From NCBI GenBank assembly GCA_040830765.1, contig JBFOMH010000005.1, forward strand, positions 224,001 through 288,000: a stretch of DNA of 64,000 nt, read 5' to 3'. Position numbers and translations under genes: made by a program. The notes below the pieces were generated by a model. It was not told the origin of the DNA, ran no database searches, and was given only the letters and a program-made list of their open reading frames with translations. The DNA comes from Puniceicoccaceae bacterium. GTDB taxonomy: Bacteria > Verrucomicrobiota > Verrucomicrobiia > Opitutales > Oceanipulchritudinaceae. This document shows, in pieces, positions 29,139-39,920 of this stretch (position 1 is the stretch's first letter; every line of letters starts with the position of its first letter).

Positions 29139-30215
29139 ATGGAGCACAAACCGCGTCAGGTCTCAGACGTCAACATTCTCGACAGTGCCGTCCTTCCGGC
29201 ACCGGAATACCTTTGCCGGGAACTGCCCCGGACTGAGGAAATGGCCACCTTCGTTGCCAGCGCCCGGGATACGATTCGCAATATCCTTTTCGGCGATGAT
29301 CCGCGGATGCTGGTCATTGTCGGGCCCTGTTCAATCCATGATCCGAAGGCCGGACTGGAATATGCCCGGCGCCTGGTGGAGTTGAAGCGCCAGTACCAGG
29401 ACCGGCTCTACATTGTCATGCGGGTCTATTTTGAAAAGCCGCGGACCACGGTCGGCTGGAAGGGGCTCATCATGGACCCGGACCTTGATGCCACTTGCGA
29501 CATCCCGCTCGGCCTGAAGAAGGCGCGCCAGTTCTTGCTTGATGTCCTTTCGTTGAACCTGGCCACAGCCACCGAGCTGCTCGATCCGATTACCCCGCAG
29601 TATATTTCCGACCTCATCTGCTGGTCCGCCATCGGCGCCCGGACAACGGAGTCCCAGACCCACCGCCAGATGGCCTCCGGTCTTTCCATGCCCCTGGGCT
29701 TCAAGAATGCCACCAGCGGGGATGTCCAGGTGGCCATTAATGCCATCCGTGCGGCCTCCCAACCCCAGACTTTCCTTGGCATCAGCCATCAGGGCCTGGC
29801 CTCCGCCCTGGCCACAAGAGGCAATCCCAATTGCCACCTCATCCTTCGAGGCGGTTCCGACGGCACCAATTACGATCCGGAATCCATAGCCAGCGCCGTT
29901 GCCAGCCTGCAGAAGCACAAGCTCCTGCCCTCCATCATGATCGATTGCAGCCACGCCAACAGCAGCAAGGATCCCTCCCGTCAACCGGAGGTCATGGCGG
30001 AAGTCCTTGAACAGGCCATCCAGCCGGATTCCCCAATCATGGGCATCATGCTGGAAAGCAACCTCGTCGAAGGGAACCAGTCTTTTCCAAGGCCGCTGGA
30101 GGATCTGGAGTACGGCAAGTCGATTACTGATGGCTGCATTGGATGGGAGACGACGGCCCAGGCCCTTGCCGCCGGCTACGAGAAGCTGGCCCCGCTGTTT
30201 CCGGAAAAGGCCTAG
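29139..30215 (+). CDS. DAHP synthase, class I-alpha
   Basis: GPCSIHD, RVYFEKPRTTVGWKGL, IGARTTESQTHR, DCSHANS, SITDGC. Start ATG 29139. Confidence 0.97.
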   Translation: MEHKPRQVSDVNILDSAVLPAPEYLCRELPRTEEMATFVASARDTIRNILFGDDPRMLVIVGPCSIHDPKAGLEYARRLVELKRQYQDRLYIVMRVYFEKPRTTVGWKGLIMDPDLDATCDIPLGLKKARQFLLDVLSLNLATATELLDPITPQYISDLICWSAIGARTTESQTHRQMASGLSMPLGFKNATSGDVQVAINAIRAASQPQTFLGISHQGLASALATRGNPNCHLILRGGSDGTNYDPESIASAVASLQKHKLLPSIMIDCSHANSSKDPSRQPEVMAEVLEQAIQPDSPIMGIMLESNLVEGNQSFPRPLEDLEYGKSITDGCIGWETTAQALAAGYEKLAPLFPEKA

Positions 30216-30742
30216 TTCTCGATTCCCTTGCGGGCCGGGACACCCTGGCTGAAGTAGTGCTTTACTTCCCTCATCTCGGTGACGAGATGGGCCCTGGCGA
30301 TGACCTCCTCATGCGCCTTGCGTCCGGTAAATACCAGCTCCACCTGCGGGGGGCGATTCTCCACTAATTCCAGCACCTCTTCCAGGGTAATCAACTCAAA
30401 CCACAGGGCCATGTTGATTTCATCAAGGATGACGATGCGGAACTTGCCAGACAAGAGGGCCTCCTTGGCCTTGAGCAGCCCTTCATGAGCGGCGGCCCGC
30501 TGGGCCTCGGTGACCTTGCCCTTGTAGACCCAGCCGGGATCCCCGTATTGCTCGTGGGTCACCGTCTCCAGCTTCGGGAGGGAATGCAGCTCCCCATAAT
30601 CCTGCCCCTTCATGAACTGGCCGATGTAGACCGGATAGCCCCGTCCTGCCGCCCGCAGGGCTAGCCCCAGGGAGGCGGTCGTCTTGCCCTTGCCGTCACC
30701 GGTGTAGATCTGGAAATACCCGTCCGCTTGCTCAGCTGTCAT
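30212..30742 (-). CDS. cobO: Cob(I)alamin adenosyltransferase CobO/BtuR
   Basis: YTGDGKGKTTA, QFMKG, LDE, TGR, KHYF..G..ARKGIE. Confidence 0.93.
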   Translation of the reverse strand: MTAEQADGYFQIYTGDGKGKTTASLGLALRAAGRGYPVYIGQFMKGQDYGELHSLPKLETVTHEQYGDPGWVYKGKVTEAQRAAAHEGLLKAKEALLSGKFRIVILDEINMALWFELITLEEVLELVENRPPQVELVFTGRKAHEEVIARAHLVTEMREVKHYFSQGVPARKGIEN

Positions 30743-30834
30743 TCCCCAAGAAATGCCCCACCGAGGGATTTCCGTCAAACGGGAAAAAAGAGTTGATTTC
30801 AGTCCCGTTCCATGCCCACATTACGCCCTTTGGA

Positions 30835-30927
30835 GGAGAGATGGCTGAGTGGCCGAAAGCGCCCGCCTGCTAAGTGGGTATACGGCTTAAAACCGTATCG
30901 AGGGTTCGAATCCCTCTCTCTCCGCCA
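30835..30927 (+). tRNA. tRNA-Ser(GCT)
   Basis: Acceptor GGAGAGA/TCTCTCC-G-CCA, anticodon arm CCCGC-CT-GCT-AA-GTGGG, long variable arm, GGTTCGAATCC. Confidence 0.97.
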
Positions 30928-30929
30928 CT

Positions 30930-31030
30930 CGACAAGTTCGCGGCAGGCCAAGCGAGAGCTTGGACTGACGCGAGCGCAGTCGGCCAATAGCTGCAAGGGG
31001 AAAGCCCAACGAGCTGTCGTTTTCCGTTTT
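30930..31030 (+). other. Multibranch RNA structure directly 3' of tRNA-Ser
   Basis: Outer stem 30930-40/31010-19 encloses CGGC/GCTG, GGCC/GGCC, AAGC-GAGA-GCTT, GACTG/CAGTC and GGG/CCC stems, followed by a U-rich tail. Confidence 0.45.
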
Positions 31031-31167
31031 CTCTTGTCCATTTTAATCCTGCCTTCCGATTCCTTCTGTTATGAGTGATTTCCCATGGACAGAATTGGGT
31101 AATGCCGATCTATCCTTTGGGATTCGGCAAAATTGATATTTTGCGATTCAGAATCCCTCAATTGATC

Positions 31168-33867
31168 ATGCATATCCCAAAAGTCCTTTTCCTTTCCATC
31201 TGTTTGTCCCTGGTTGCCAACCCGGCCATGAATGCCCAATCGCAAGATCGGCCATTCATCTGGATAACCCAGGAGGAACGGGCAGACCTGCTGGAGAAAA
31301 TCGAAAGCGAGGGATGGGCAGCCGCCCACTTTTCGCAGTTGAAAAACCGCGTCGATGGCAAAGTGAACACCCACGCCATTTCCCCAAGTCTCACCTTGAC
31401 CAAGATTCCGGAATTCGGAACCGACCCGAATCAGTACAACGACCGGGACGCGGTGTCACCTGCTTCAAACCACAAGAACGTCCTCGCCCCGGCTGCCGAG
31501 GCGGCAATGCTTTACTTTTTAACCGAGGAAGAAAAATACGGTCAGTATGCGGCGGACATCCTGGAAGCCTACTTTGACCACCTTGCCCAGTTGACGCCGG
31601 AAACCACGACTATCTGTGGGAATGACTTTTACGACCCACGGACGACCTACAATCACATCGCCCTTGCTTACGACTTTGCCTATAATTTCCTGACCGATCC
31701 CTCAACGACAGTTTATGACGAGGACACGGGAACACGCATTCCGTTCGACAATGCAAAGGCGCAGCAGGCGATGACCAATATCGTCGGAAATGCTCTTCAG
31801 GAATGGAGGGCAGACAATTATGGCAGAAATGTCTCCAACCACCCAATCCTTACTGCGCCAGGCGCGCTGTTTCCAATCCTTTGTATCGAGGACGAAACCG
31901 AAAGGGATCGTCTCCTGAATGTCTTCTGGGAAAAAGGGACCTGGCACCAAGCTTCCTTCACCAAGACGATCCTGCCGATGTTCACGGATCAAGGCCTCTG
32001 GCCGGAGCCCGTCAGCTACAGTTTCATGCCCAACGTCAGCCTGGTCCTCAATGTCATTGACCGGATCAAGCCGGAGTGGAATGTGACGGAAGCGCATGGC
32101 AACATATTTGATGGAATCTTCCTCTTCGACTACCTCCGCAATCCAGACCGCCGATTTGTCCGCTACGGGGATTCCAAGCGCAACAACGACAGTACGGGAG
32201 CGCTCTATCGCTATGCCCTTCATATCGCCACCCGCCGCGGCTATACGGACCTTGAGGAACAGGCACAAGTGGCCTTGAAAAAGGCCTACGATGCCAACGG
32301 GGGTAGCCGGCCGGCAATTGCCGGGGGCACCTTCGACAATTATGAAGCACTGAAGCTCTTCTGGGGACTCAACCTTCCCGATACGGTCGAAGGCGGATTT
32401 GACTTCACCAAACCGACCGTGCTTGTGACACATGCCGGTGTAGCCCTGCAACGCAATGCTGTGGATACGGACAATGTTGATTACGGCCTGACAGGCATCA
32501 TTGGCGGAGCCCATTACGTCCACTCCCACGTTACCGGCATTTCAATGGAGCTTTACGGTGCCGGCTATGTGATGGCACCGAACGCTGGCCTGGCAGCAAC
32601 GCTGGCCGATCGACAGCTCCCGGAAAACAAGAACTACTTCCGCCTCCACGCGGGTAACAATTGCGTCATTATCAATGGAACATCCCATGGTCGCCAGTCT
32701 GGAGCTTGGGCGAGCAATTCCTATGTCTGGCAGGACAGGGCCGTGAATGTGGGTGCGGAACCACAGCATCTGGAAGACCCGATCAGTCCGCATTACAGCT
32801 TCGCCACCCAGTACTTGAACGACACCGTGAACCAGGCCCAGCAGCAACGCACCCTGGCAATTATCCGTACCAGCCCGACAACCGGATTCTACTTCGACCT
32901 CTTCCGCTCCCGCTCCCTGGTCGAAAACAATTTCCATGACTACATCTATCACAACATAGGTGATGAGACCATCATCAGCGACACCTCGGGTGTCCTTAGT
33001 CTCACCCCGACTGACCGCTACGACAACGATATCGGGGATCCTGTGCAATCCCCCGGCTGGCGGTTTTTCGAAAACGAACAGGTCACGCCGGAGACAGCTG
33101 ATTCCGTCAAGGTCCAGTTCCGGGTCAATTTCAATAATCGTTCCATGAACCTGTTTGTTCCCAACGGCATTGCCCGGGAATACACCCATGCCCTTGCCCC
33201 GGCCACGCGTGAAGCGAAAAATGGATACGTGAACAAGAAGACCCAGGTCCTGGCCATCCGGCAACAGGGCGAAGCCTGGGAGCGGCCCTTTGTCGCGGTT
33301 ATCGAACCCTCCACTAATTTCGACACCAGCGTCCAGTCTGTGACCCAGCTTACCCAAGGGGAACAGGTCGTTGGCGCCAAGGTGGTTTCCATGATCGATG
33401 GCCAAAGCGTCACCAACTACATTATCTGCCTCGACAGTCCCGATGCCTCCTACGAGGACACGGAGCTCGGTCTAGGCTTCACGGGTCGCTTCGGAGCGGT
33501 TACCGACCGTGGTGGCGATGATGTGGAACTCTTCATCGGCGAGGGCTCGTTTCTTACCTACGGCTCCCATGTGGTTTCCTCCACTTCGGGCGAAACCACC
33601 GCTGCATGGTGCCAGTTTGATGAAAGCAGCAGTCCGACTGTCGCCACGCGGGCACAGGTCAATGTTGCACGGGCCGACAATTCCCAGCTCTTCATGGATA
33701 TCCATGGTTCCAACGCAGTCCTGAGCTGGCCGGGAACGGACATGAAATTGCAGCAGAGCCGGTTCTTGACCCGCTTCAGTTGGGCAACGGTTCCCGGCGG
33801 GAAAGTGCGCCCCGTGGTCGTCCCCCTGGCGGACCATCCCGTCTTCTTCCGGATTCTCGAGAAGTAA
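31168..33867 (+). CDS. Secreted heparinase II/III-like polysaccharide lyase (putative) with C-terminal ..FFR domain
   Basis: Signal peptide from ATG 31168. Helical N-half with SNH, WPE..SYS, RYGDS. HSH...MELYG and beta-rich C-half. Confidence 0.6.
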   Translation: MHIPKVLFLSICLSLVANPAMNAQSQDRPFIWITQEERADLLEKIESEGWAAAHFSQLKNRVDGKVNTHAISPSLTLTKIPEFGTDPNQYNDRDAVSPASNHKNVLAPAAEAAMLYFLTEEEKYGQYAADILEAYFDHLAQLTPETTTICGNDFYDPRTTYNHIALAYDFAYNFLTDPSTTVYDEDTGTRIPFDNAKAQQAMTNIVGNALQEWRADNYGRNVSNHPILTAPGALFPILCIEDETERDRLLNVFWEKGTWHQASFTKTILPMFTDQGLWPEPVSYSFMPNVSLVLNVIDRIKPEWNVTEAHGNIFDGIFLFDYLRNPDRRFVRYGDSKRNNDSTGALYRYALHIATRRGYTDLEEQAQVALKKAYDANGGSRPAIAGGTFDNYEALKLFWGLNLPDTVEGGFDFTKPTVLVTHAGVALQRNAVDTDNVDYGLTGIIGGAHYVHSHVTGISMELYGAGYVMAPNAGLAATLADRQLPENKNYFRLHAGNNCVIINGTSHGRQSGAWASNSYVWQDRAVNVGAEPQHLEDPISPHYSFATQYLNDTVNQAQQQRTLAIIRTSPTTGFYFDLFRSRSLVENNFHDYIYHNIGDETIISDTSGVLSLTPTDRYDNDIGDPVQSPGWRFFENEQVTPETADSVKVQFRVNFNNRSMNLFVPNGIAREYTHALAPATREAKNGYVNKKTQVLAIRQQGEAWERPFVAVIEPSTNFDTSVQSVTQLTQGEQVVGAKVVSMIDGQSVTNYIICLDSPDASYEDTELGLGFTGRFGAVTDRGGDDVELFIGEGSFLTYGSHVVSSTSGETTAAWCQFDESSSPTVATRAQVNVARADNSQLFMDIHGSNAVLSWPGTDMKLQQSRFLTRFSWATVPGGKVRPVVVPLADHPVFFRILEK

Positions 33868-33994
33868 GCTAACTATTAATCCGGCATCAATAGGGAATTC
33901 AGGAAGGCAATTCAAGGGCCCGAGGTCACTGCGCCATGCATCCAGCGAGAATTCGCTTGCCATCCGTCCAGATACTGGGATAACCAAAGGTCCC

Positions 33995-34849
33995 ATGAGC
34001 CGACTGCTACCCTTCCTCATGGTTACCCTGTTCCTGGCCAGTAGTACTTTTGCCACTATCCCCATCTTCAGCCCCACAACTGAATGGAATCCGATTACCT
34101 ATCCGGGTGTCACTTCAGACTACCCCTCCGACACCCAGGCCAGCTCACTTGACCTCGACCTCGTCGGGGATGTAACACACGCAGCGTTCTACACCCGCTT
34201 TGATGCCACCCCCTCGCCCCAAGCACCGGAAGGTGAAGTGGGCTATCGACTGCGCATGGCTGGCAACCAATCACCGGCGACCTTTGCCGGCCAGGCATGG
34301 ATTGGGGCGGATGTTAATAGCGATGGTGCCCTGGATCTTTTTGTGGGAGCCAATAATAACACCGTCAGCATCAACTTCGCCGGTGCGGACTCCAATACCT
34401 CCCCCAATACAACCTCGATCGACTCCACGCCTTTCTGGTCAGCCAGTGTCTCGGCGACAAATTTCAGCTGGACAGAAAACAACAGCAGTCTGGATCCCGA
34501 TGGTACCAACTTTGACATCGATAATGGCGGGGAAACGGACTACTTTCTCACTTTCATCGTCCCCTTCGACCAACTTGCGGCAGCTGTGAACTCCCTTTCC
34601 CTGGGATTCACTTTCGACAATACGTCCCCCTTAGCCTACATTGCCGCCACCGCCACCCAGGGACAAACCCTGAATGCGGACTTGAATGGCGTCAATGGCA
34701 CGGCCGGCACCCTTTCCTGGACTGAACTGGATGCCATCAGCCCGGAGGTCGGGATAGATGGCGAACCCGCAGTTCCGGAGCCCGGACTGACAGCCCTGAT
34801 CGTGGCGCTGGCGGGAGGATTCTTTTTGTTCGTGCAGAAGCGCCGCTGA
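33995..34849 (+). CDS. PEP-CTERM sorting domain protein
   Basis: Signal peptide, Ser/Thr/Asp/Asn-rich body, VPEP + TM helix + KRR terminus. Confidence 0.9.
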   Translation: MSRLLPFLMVTLFLASSTFATIPIFSPTTEWNPITYPGVTSDYPSDTQASSLDLDLVGDVTHAAFYTRFDATPSPQAPEGEVGYRLRMAGNQSPATFAGQAWIGADVNSDGALDLFVGANNNTVSINFAGADSNTSPNTTSIDSTPFWSASVSATNFSWTENNSSLDPDGTNFDIDNGGETDYFLTFIVPFDQLAAAVNSLSLGFTFDNTSPLAYIAATATQGQTLNADLNGVNGTAGTLSWTELDAISPEVGIDGEPAVPEPGLTALIVALAGGFFLFVQKRR

Positions 34850-34867
34850 TCGGTCACGCTTGTCAAT

Positions 34868-35749
34868 GTGAGCCGACCGCCGGAGTCCATTGGGGCATTC
34901 AACTTTATTGCCAATATTTCACTCGCCGGAGTGAAGATAATTGTTGGTGTCGCAGGTTCTTCGTACGCCCTCATCGCTGATGGCATAGAGTCCCTGGCGG
35001 ATTGCGTCTCTTCCCTGATCGTCTGGAACGGATTAAAGGTGGCCAGCCGGGAAGCCGACCATGACCATCCTTATGGACATGGAAAGGCCGAGGCCGTCGC
35101 AGCCTTATTGGCTGGGGTTGGTTTGGTTGTTTCCGCTGTCATCATTGCCTACCATGCCATAAGCGAAATCCTAACTCCACACCTTGTACCGGCTGCTTTT
35201 ACCATTCCCGCTCTCATCGGCATCATCCTGGTCAAGGAACTGCTTTACCGGTTGACGGTTCGTGGAGCTGAGCATCATGACAGCAGTGCACTCCGTGCCG
35301 AAGCCTGGCACCACCGGAGTGATTCCCTGACATCCCTCGGCGTCCTTCTTGGCATAGTCATTGCGGTCCTCGGTGGTCAGCGCCTGGCCTACTCTGACGA
35401 TATTGCCGCCTGTCTGGTCACACTCCTCATCCTCTATAATGCCTACAAGATCATCCGCCCGTCCCTTGATGAACTGATGGACCGCCGCATTGAGGATGAA
35501 AAACATCTCCTCATCCTCGATTGTATTGCTGGAATTGAGGGCGTTCAGGAAGTAGAGACCCTGATTGTCCGCCGAAGCGGGCGCCATTTCCTCGTCGACG
35601 TCCACATCGAGGTGGATCCCGGCATTACGGTTGAGGCAGGACACAAAATCTCCCATGCCGTAAAAGACGCCCTTCTGGCAATGGAAACTCCCCAGGTCCA
35701 GCACGTGACGACCCACATTGAACCGCATGCTCCCGACGGGGGAAATTGA
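34868..35749 (+). CDS. Cation diffusion facilitator (FieF-like)
   Basis: SYALIADGIESLAD, HPYGHGKAE, AWHHRSD, HIEP. Confidence 0.92.
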   Translation: MSRPPESIGAFNFIANISLAGVKIIVGVAGSSYALIADGIESLADCVSSLIVWNGLKVASREADHDHPYGHGKAEAVAALLAGVGLVVSAVIIAYHAISEILTPHLVPAAFTIPALIGIILVKELLYRLTVRGAEHHDSSALRAEAWHHRSDSLTSLGVLLGIVIAVLGGQRLAYSDDIAACLVTLLILYNAYKIIRPSLDELMDRRIEDEKHLLILDCIAGIEGVQEVETLIVRRSGRHFLVDVHIEVDPGITVEAGHKISHAVKDALLAMETPQVQHVTTHIEPHAPDGGN

Positions 35750-35750
35750 T

Positions 35751-36593
35751 ATGCGCCGTCGCAAAAAGCTATATCAACTGGTTTTCAGCCTCATTATCCT
35801 GGCTCTTTCCTGCTGGGCATTACTTTGGTTCCTGCGTCCGGGGACCCAGCCGCGGACACAAATTTTCCAGGGAATATTCCTGACCGTTGAAGAAACGCCC
35901 AGTGGTCGCCTGATGATTGTCGAGGTCCACTGGGACACCCCGGGAGTACAGTTCTCCAACCGGGCCTACTCCTTCCCTGTCGATCCAACGAATCAGGATT
36001 CCCCGCACTACCGTACCACTTTTGCCGATTGGGCCCTATTTCGTGAAGGGGCGGCTGTCCTCGTGAACACGACCCTCTTTCTACCTGATTCCCTGAAGAC
36101 CTTCCTGCCCGGATATCCTGTTCGCTCGAACGAGACCCTGGTCGTCGACGGGGAAGTGTCCCATGTCCATGATCACAGCTACCTGCTTTACTGGGACGCT
36201 GACGGGAATGTCCACTTACAACGGTCGAAGCCGCCCTCTCCGGAAAGTCTGGATGCCGCTGTATCAGGCATTGGTCTACAGGGCATTCCAGTCAGCCAGG
36301 GCCAGGTCCGTCCCCGTGCAATCAGCGATCATGGGGAAGCAAATGCACGCACCTTCATCGGGGTGGATCCGGAGAGGAAAGTCCTTTTCCTGATGGCCTT
36401 CGAGAAGGCAACCCCCATCCAGATGCTGGAACAAGCGGTTGCCCATGGTGTAAAAGTCGGTGGCCAGGTAGATGGCGGCAGTTCAACCAACCTCATCATC
36501 GGCACAGGCGCGAAAGACCTTCCTCCTCATACCGGCATTCGCGGCTGGCGTCCCGTAGGCCCATACCTCATTGTCAAGGCTGAGTCCCTTTAA
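35751..36593 (+). CDS. Phosphodiester glycosidase (NAGPA-like) family protein
   Basis: N-terminal TM, ARTFIG and DGGSST motifs. Confidence 0.65.
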   Translation: MRRRKKLYQLVFSLIILALSCWALLWFLRPGTQPRTQIFQGIFLTVEETPSGRLMIVEVHWDTPGVQFSNRAYSFPVDPTNQDSPHYRTTFADWALFREGAAVLVNTTLFLPDSLKTFLPGYPVRSNETLVVDGEVSHVHDHSYLLYWDADGNVHLQRSKPPSPESLDAAVSGIGLQGIPVSQGQVRPRAISDHGEANARTFIGVDPERKVLFLMAFEKATPIQMLEQAVAHGVKVGGQVDGGSSTNLIIGTGAKDLPPHTGIRGWRPVGPYLIVKAESL

Positions 36594-36611
36594 CCTTCAA
36601 TCAAGGATATC

Positions 36612-37022
36612 ATGAAACGCGTAACTGGAATCGGAGGCATCTTCTTCAAGAGCAAAAATCCACAGGCGATGAACGCCTGGTACCGCAAGCACCTCGGTTT
36701 CAAGGTCAACGAATACGGCTCCCTCTTCCAGGGCCGCGAATTCGAGGAACCAGACAACCGGACACTCCTTCAGTGGGCCCCGTTTGAGGCGGATACCGAC
36801 TACTTCGAGCCCTGCAAGAAGGAATTCATGATCAATTATCGCGTCGACGATCTGGAAGCCTTGCTGGAAGAACTGGAAAAGGAAGGTATCGAGATTGTCA
36901 CTCCCTTGAAGTCCTACCCCTACGGGAAGTTTGCCCACGTCATGGATCCCGAAGGGAACAAGGTGGAACTCTGGGAACCGATTGACGAGGGGCTCGATGC
37001 CGATCTGGAAAGCCAGAAGTGA
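36612..37022 (+). CDS. VOC/glyoxalase family protein
   Basis: RVTGIGGIFFK, INYRVDDL, YGKFA...DPEGNKVELWEP. Confidence 0.9.
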   Translation: MKRVTGIGGIFFKSKNPQAMNAWYRKHLGFKVNEYGSLFQGREFEEPDNRTLLQWAPFEADTDYFEPCKKEFMINYRVDDLEALLEELEKEGIEIVTPLKSYPYGKFAHVMDPEGNKVELWEPIDEGLDADLESQK

Positions 37023-37036
37023 TATCGGGAGATTAA

Positions 37037-39847
37037 CTACAAATGCTGCCCCGTAACGCTGCGCTTGGCGGTCTTCAGATCGAGCACCGGACCGGCATAG
37101 AGCAGCTCGCCCCCTTCTTCCCCTCCCCCGGGTCCGAGGTCAATGACCCAGTCCGCCAGGCGAATGACATCCAGGTTGTGCTCGATAAGAATCAGCGTCT
37201 GCCCCTGTTCACGCAGTTTGAAGAGCAGGTCCATGAGGTGCTGGATGTCGACCCAGTGGAGTCCCGTCGTCGGCTCGTCGAGCAGGTAGAGGTTCCGGCT
37301 GCGTTGGCTTTTGCTCAGCTCAAGGGATAACTTCAGCCGCTGGGCTTCACCACCGGAGAGGGTTGGCGCTGCCTGTCCCAGCTTGATGTAACCCAAGCCC
37401 ACGGCCTGGAGGGTCTCCAGTTTGGCCAGCACCTTGGGCTGGTGGGCGAAGAGCTTGATCGCCTCGTCAACCGTCATCTCGAGGACATCAGCAATGTTGT
37501 ACCCCTTGAAACGGACTTCCAGGGTCTCCCGGTTGTAACGCTTCCCGTGGCAACTGGGACATTCCGCATAGACATCGCTGAGGAACTGCATGTCCATCTT
37601 GATCAATCCATCCCCCTGGCAGCGTTCGCAGCGGCCGCCCCGGACATTGAAGCTGAAACGCCCGGGTCCATAACCGCGCACCTTCGCCAGTGGGGTTTGC
37701 GCATAAAGCCGCCTGAGGTCATCAAATATCTTTGTAAAGGTCGCCGGATTGGACCGCGGGCTGCGTCCGATCGGATCCTGGTCCACCCGGACGATGCGCT
37801 CGAAATTTTCCAAACCATCCAGGCCCCTATGCCGACCGGGTATATCCTTGGTCCGGTTCAATTTGAAGGCAGCCGCCTTGCCCAGGATCTCATTGACGAG
37901 GGTGCTTTTGCCGGATCCGCTGACTCCCGTAACCACTGTCAGGAGCCCGACTGGAAAGGATACATCCAGCTCCTTGAGGTTGTGTTCATGGGCACCCTTC
38001 ACCGTCACCCAACCCTCATCCGGTTCCTTGACCGGAACCGACCGCTCAACACTGGCCGTCCCCGAGAGAAAGGCCCCGGTACGGGAAGTGCGGGACTTTT
38101 TTGCCGCACTGACAGTTCCCTGGAAAATAACCTCTCCCCCGGCCTCACCCGCTCCCGGTCCGATTTCCAAGAGGTGATCCGCCGCCTCGATGACATCGGG
38201 ATCATGCTCCACCACGATAACGCTGCTTCCTCGCTCCCTGAGACCCTCCAGGGTGGCAATCAGCTTCCTTGTGTTGGCCGGGTGCAGGCCGATTGTCGGT
38301 TCATCCAGAACATAGGTCACTCCGACCAAGCCCATTCCGACCTGCGTGGCCAGTCGAACCCTCTGGGCTTCTCCCCCGCTCAGGCTGCCATAAGGCCGAG
38401 CCAGACTCAAGTAGTGCAAGCCCACCTCGTTCAAGAATACCAAACGGTTCCTCAGGCCATTGACCGCATCTTCAAATCCAGGCAACTCCAGGGATTCAAC
38501 GAAGGTCAGCGCATCCCGCAGGGAATAGCCAAGGAACTCAGAATAACTCAGATCCTTGAGGAGGACGGCTCGTGATGTATCCCGAAGCCGCGTTCCCTGG
38601 CAGTCCTCGCAACCACTCCTTGTCTGGTAAGCCATCAGCCGGTTGCGCAATCCATCGCTGCTGGTATCCCGGCGGGTCTTTTCCAAATCCGCCAGCACAC
38701 CCTCGAAAGGCATTGCCTCCGGCTTGCGGTTGCCCGGTTTCGTCTTGAACAGGAACTCCCTATCCCCCGCCCCGTGGAGAATGACCTGGCGAACCGCTTC
38801 CGGCAATTCCTGCCACGGTGTCGTCGGGTCGAAAGGCAGCTGCTCGGCCAATTGCTTCAAGCGGGCATTGCGTTCAATAATCATCCGCCGCGAGCCTAGC
38901 CGCCATGGCTTGATGGCCCCCTTGCGGACCGACTTCACTGGATCCGGGACAACCAGTTCCGGACTGAATTGTAAAGTCTCGCCAAGTCCACCACAGGAAG
39001 GACAGGCCCCGTCCGGATGGTCCCAGGAGAATTGCTTTGGCGTGACCTCCGGATAAACCGTCCCGCACACCTCGCAGGAAAGGTGTTGGCTGACAACAAA
39101 GGTCGTCCATTCAGCACCCTGCTCCCGCTGGACCATCACTTCCGCCCGGTTGTCCGCCTCCCGGAAGGCCAGTTCGAGGGAATCCGCTATGCGGCTACGC
39201 TGGTCCTCCCTGAGGACCAGGCGGTCGATGACCAGGTCCATCTGATGTTCCGCGCTTCCTTTTGGAAAGAGGTCGCTATCTTCCAATTCGCGAATTTCCC
39301 CGTCCAGCCTGACCCGGAGATATCCCTTTTGTTTGAGGTGGGGAATCTCATTCCGCAGGACAGAGGACTTGGCCCGCATATAAGGGGCGAGGATCATGAA
39401 TCGACTCCCATCCGGCTCCTGGTAGATACGGTCCAGACAGTCATCGAGGGATTTCCGGACTATCTGGCCGCCGTCTTTCGGGCAATGGGCCTTGCCGCAA
39501 AGCGACCATAGCAAGCGGGCATAATCCGCAATTTCCGTGATTGTCGCCACCGTGCTGCGGGGATTGGCTCCCGTCCCTGTGCGCTGCTCAATGGCAATAA
39601 CCGGGGTCAAGCCGTCAATATAGTCCACTTCCGGCCGTTCGATCTGGTCCATTAACTGCCGGGCACGCGTGGACAAGCTGTCCATGAACTTCCGGTAGCC
39701 CTCCGCGAAGATTGTATCAAAGGCCAGCGAGGACTTTCCAGACCCGCTGACACCGGTTACCACCACCAATTGGTCGCGGGGAATTGTCACATCAATTCCC
39801 TTCAGGTTGTGCACGCGTGCGCCTTTTATGTGGATGACTTTCCGCAT
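37037..39847 (-). CDS. uvrA: Excinuclease ABC subunit A
   Basis: Two GVSGSGKS Walker A motifs, two LSGGEAQR motifs, zinc fingers, GARVHNLK. Confidence 0.97.
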   Translation of the reverse strand: MRKVIHIKGARVHNLKGIDVTIPRDQLVVVTGVSGSGKSSLAFDTIFAEGYRKFMDSLSTRARQLMDQIERPEVDYIDGLTPVIAIEQRTGTGANPRSTVATITEIADYARLLWSLCGKAHCPKDGGQIVRKSLDDCLDRIYQEPDGSRFMILAPYMRAKSSVLRNEIPHLKQKGYLRVRLDGEIRELEDSDLFPKGSAEHQMDLVIDRLVLREDQRSRIADSLELAFREADNRAEVMVQREQGAEWTTFVVSQHLSCEVCGTVYPEVTPKQFSWDHPDGACPSCGGLGETLQFSPELVVPDPVKSVRKGAIKPWRLGSRRMIIERNARLKQLAEQLPFDPTTPWQELPEAVRQVILHGAGDREFLFKTKPGNRKPEAMPFEGVLADLEKTRRDTSSDGLRNRLMAYQTRSGCEDCQGTRLRDTSRAVLLKDLSYSEFLGYSLRDALTFVESLELPGFEDAVNGLRNRLVFLNEVGLHYLSLARPYGSLSGGEAQRVRLATQVGMGLVGVTYVLDEPTIGLHPANTRKLIATLEGLRERGSSVIVVEHDPDVIEAADHLLEIGPGAGEAGGEVIFQGTVSAAKKSRTSRTGAFLSGTASVERSVPVKEPDEGWVTVKGAHEHNLKELDVSFPVGLLTVVTGVSGSGKSTLVNEILGKAAAFKLNRTKDIPGRHRGLDGLENFERIVRVDQDPIGRSPRSNPATFTKIFDDLRRLYAQTPLAKVRGYGPGRFSFNVRGGRCERCQGDGLIKMDMQFLSDVYAECPSCHGKRYNRETLEVRFKGYNIADVLEMTVDEAIKLFAHQPKVLAKLETLQAVGLGYIKLGQAAPTLSGGEAQRLKLSLELSKSQRSRNLYLLDEPTTGLHWVDIQHLMDLLFKLREQGQTLILIEHNLDVIRLADWVIDLGPGGGEEGGELLYAGPVLDLKTAKRSVTGQHL

Positions 39848-39920
39848 CGTTTAACTATGCCGCCAATTTTTATTGCGCATTTGCCTTGCGGTCAATCCGT
39901 GCTAGGATAAATCGCAGGGT

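Noticed and set aside
30743..30834. Cobalamin riboswitch near cobO
   Set aside because: The spacer is ~90 bp, holds divergent promoter-like hexamers, and has no B12 box.
30835..37022. Integrative element at tRNA-Ser
   Set aside because: No integrase or transposase and no duplicated tRNA 3' end seen. The genes look accessory, but mobility is unsupported.
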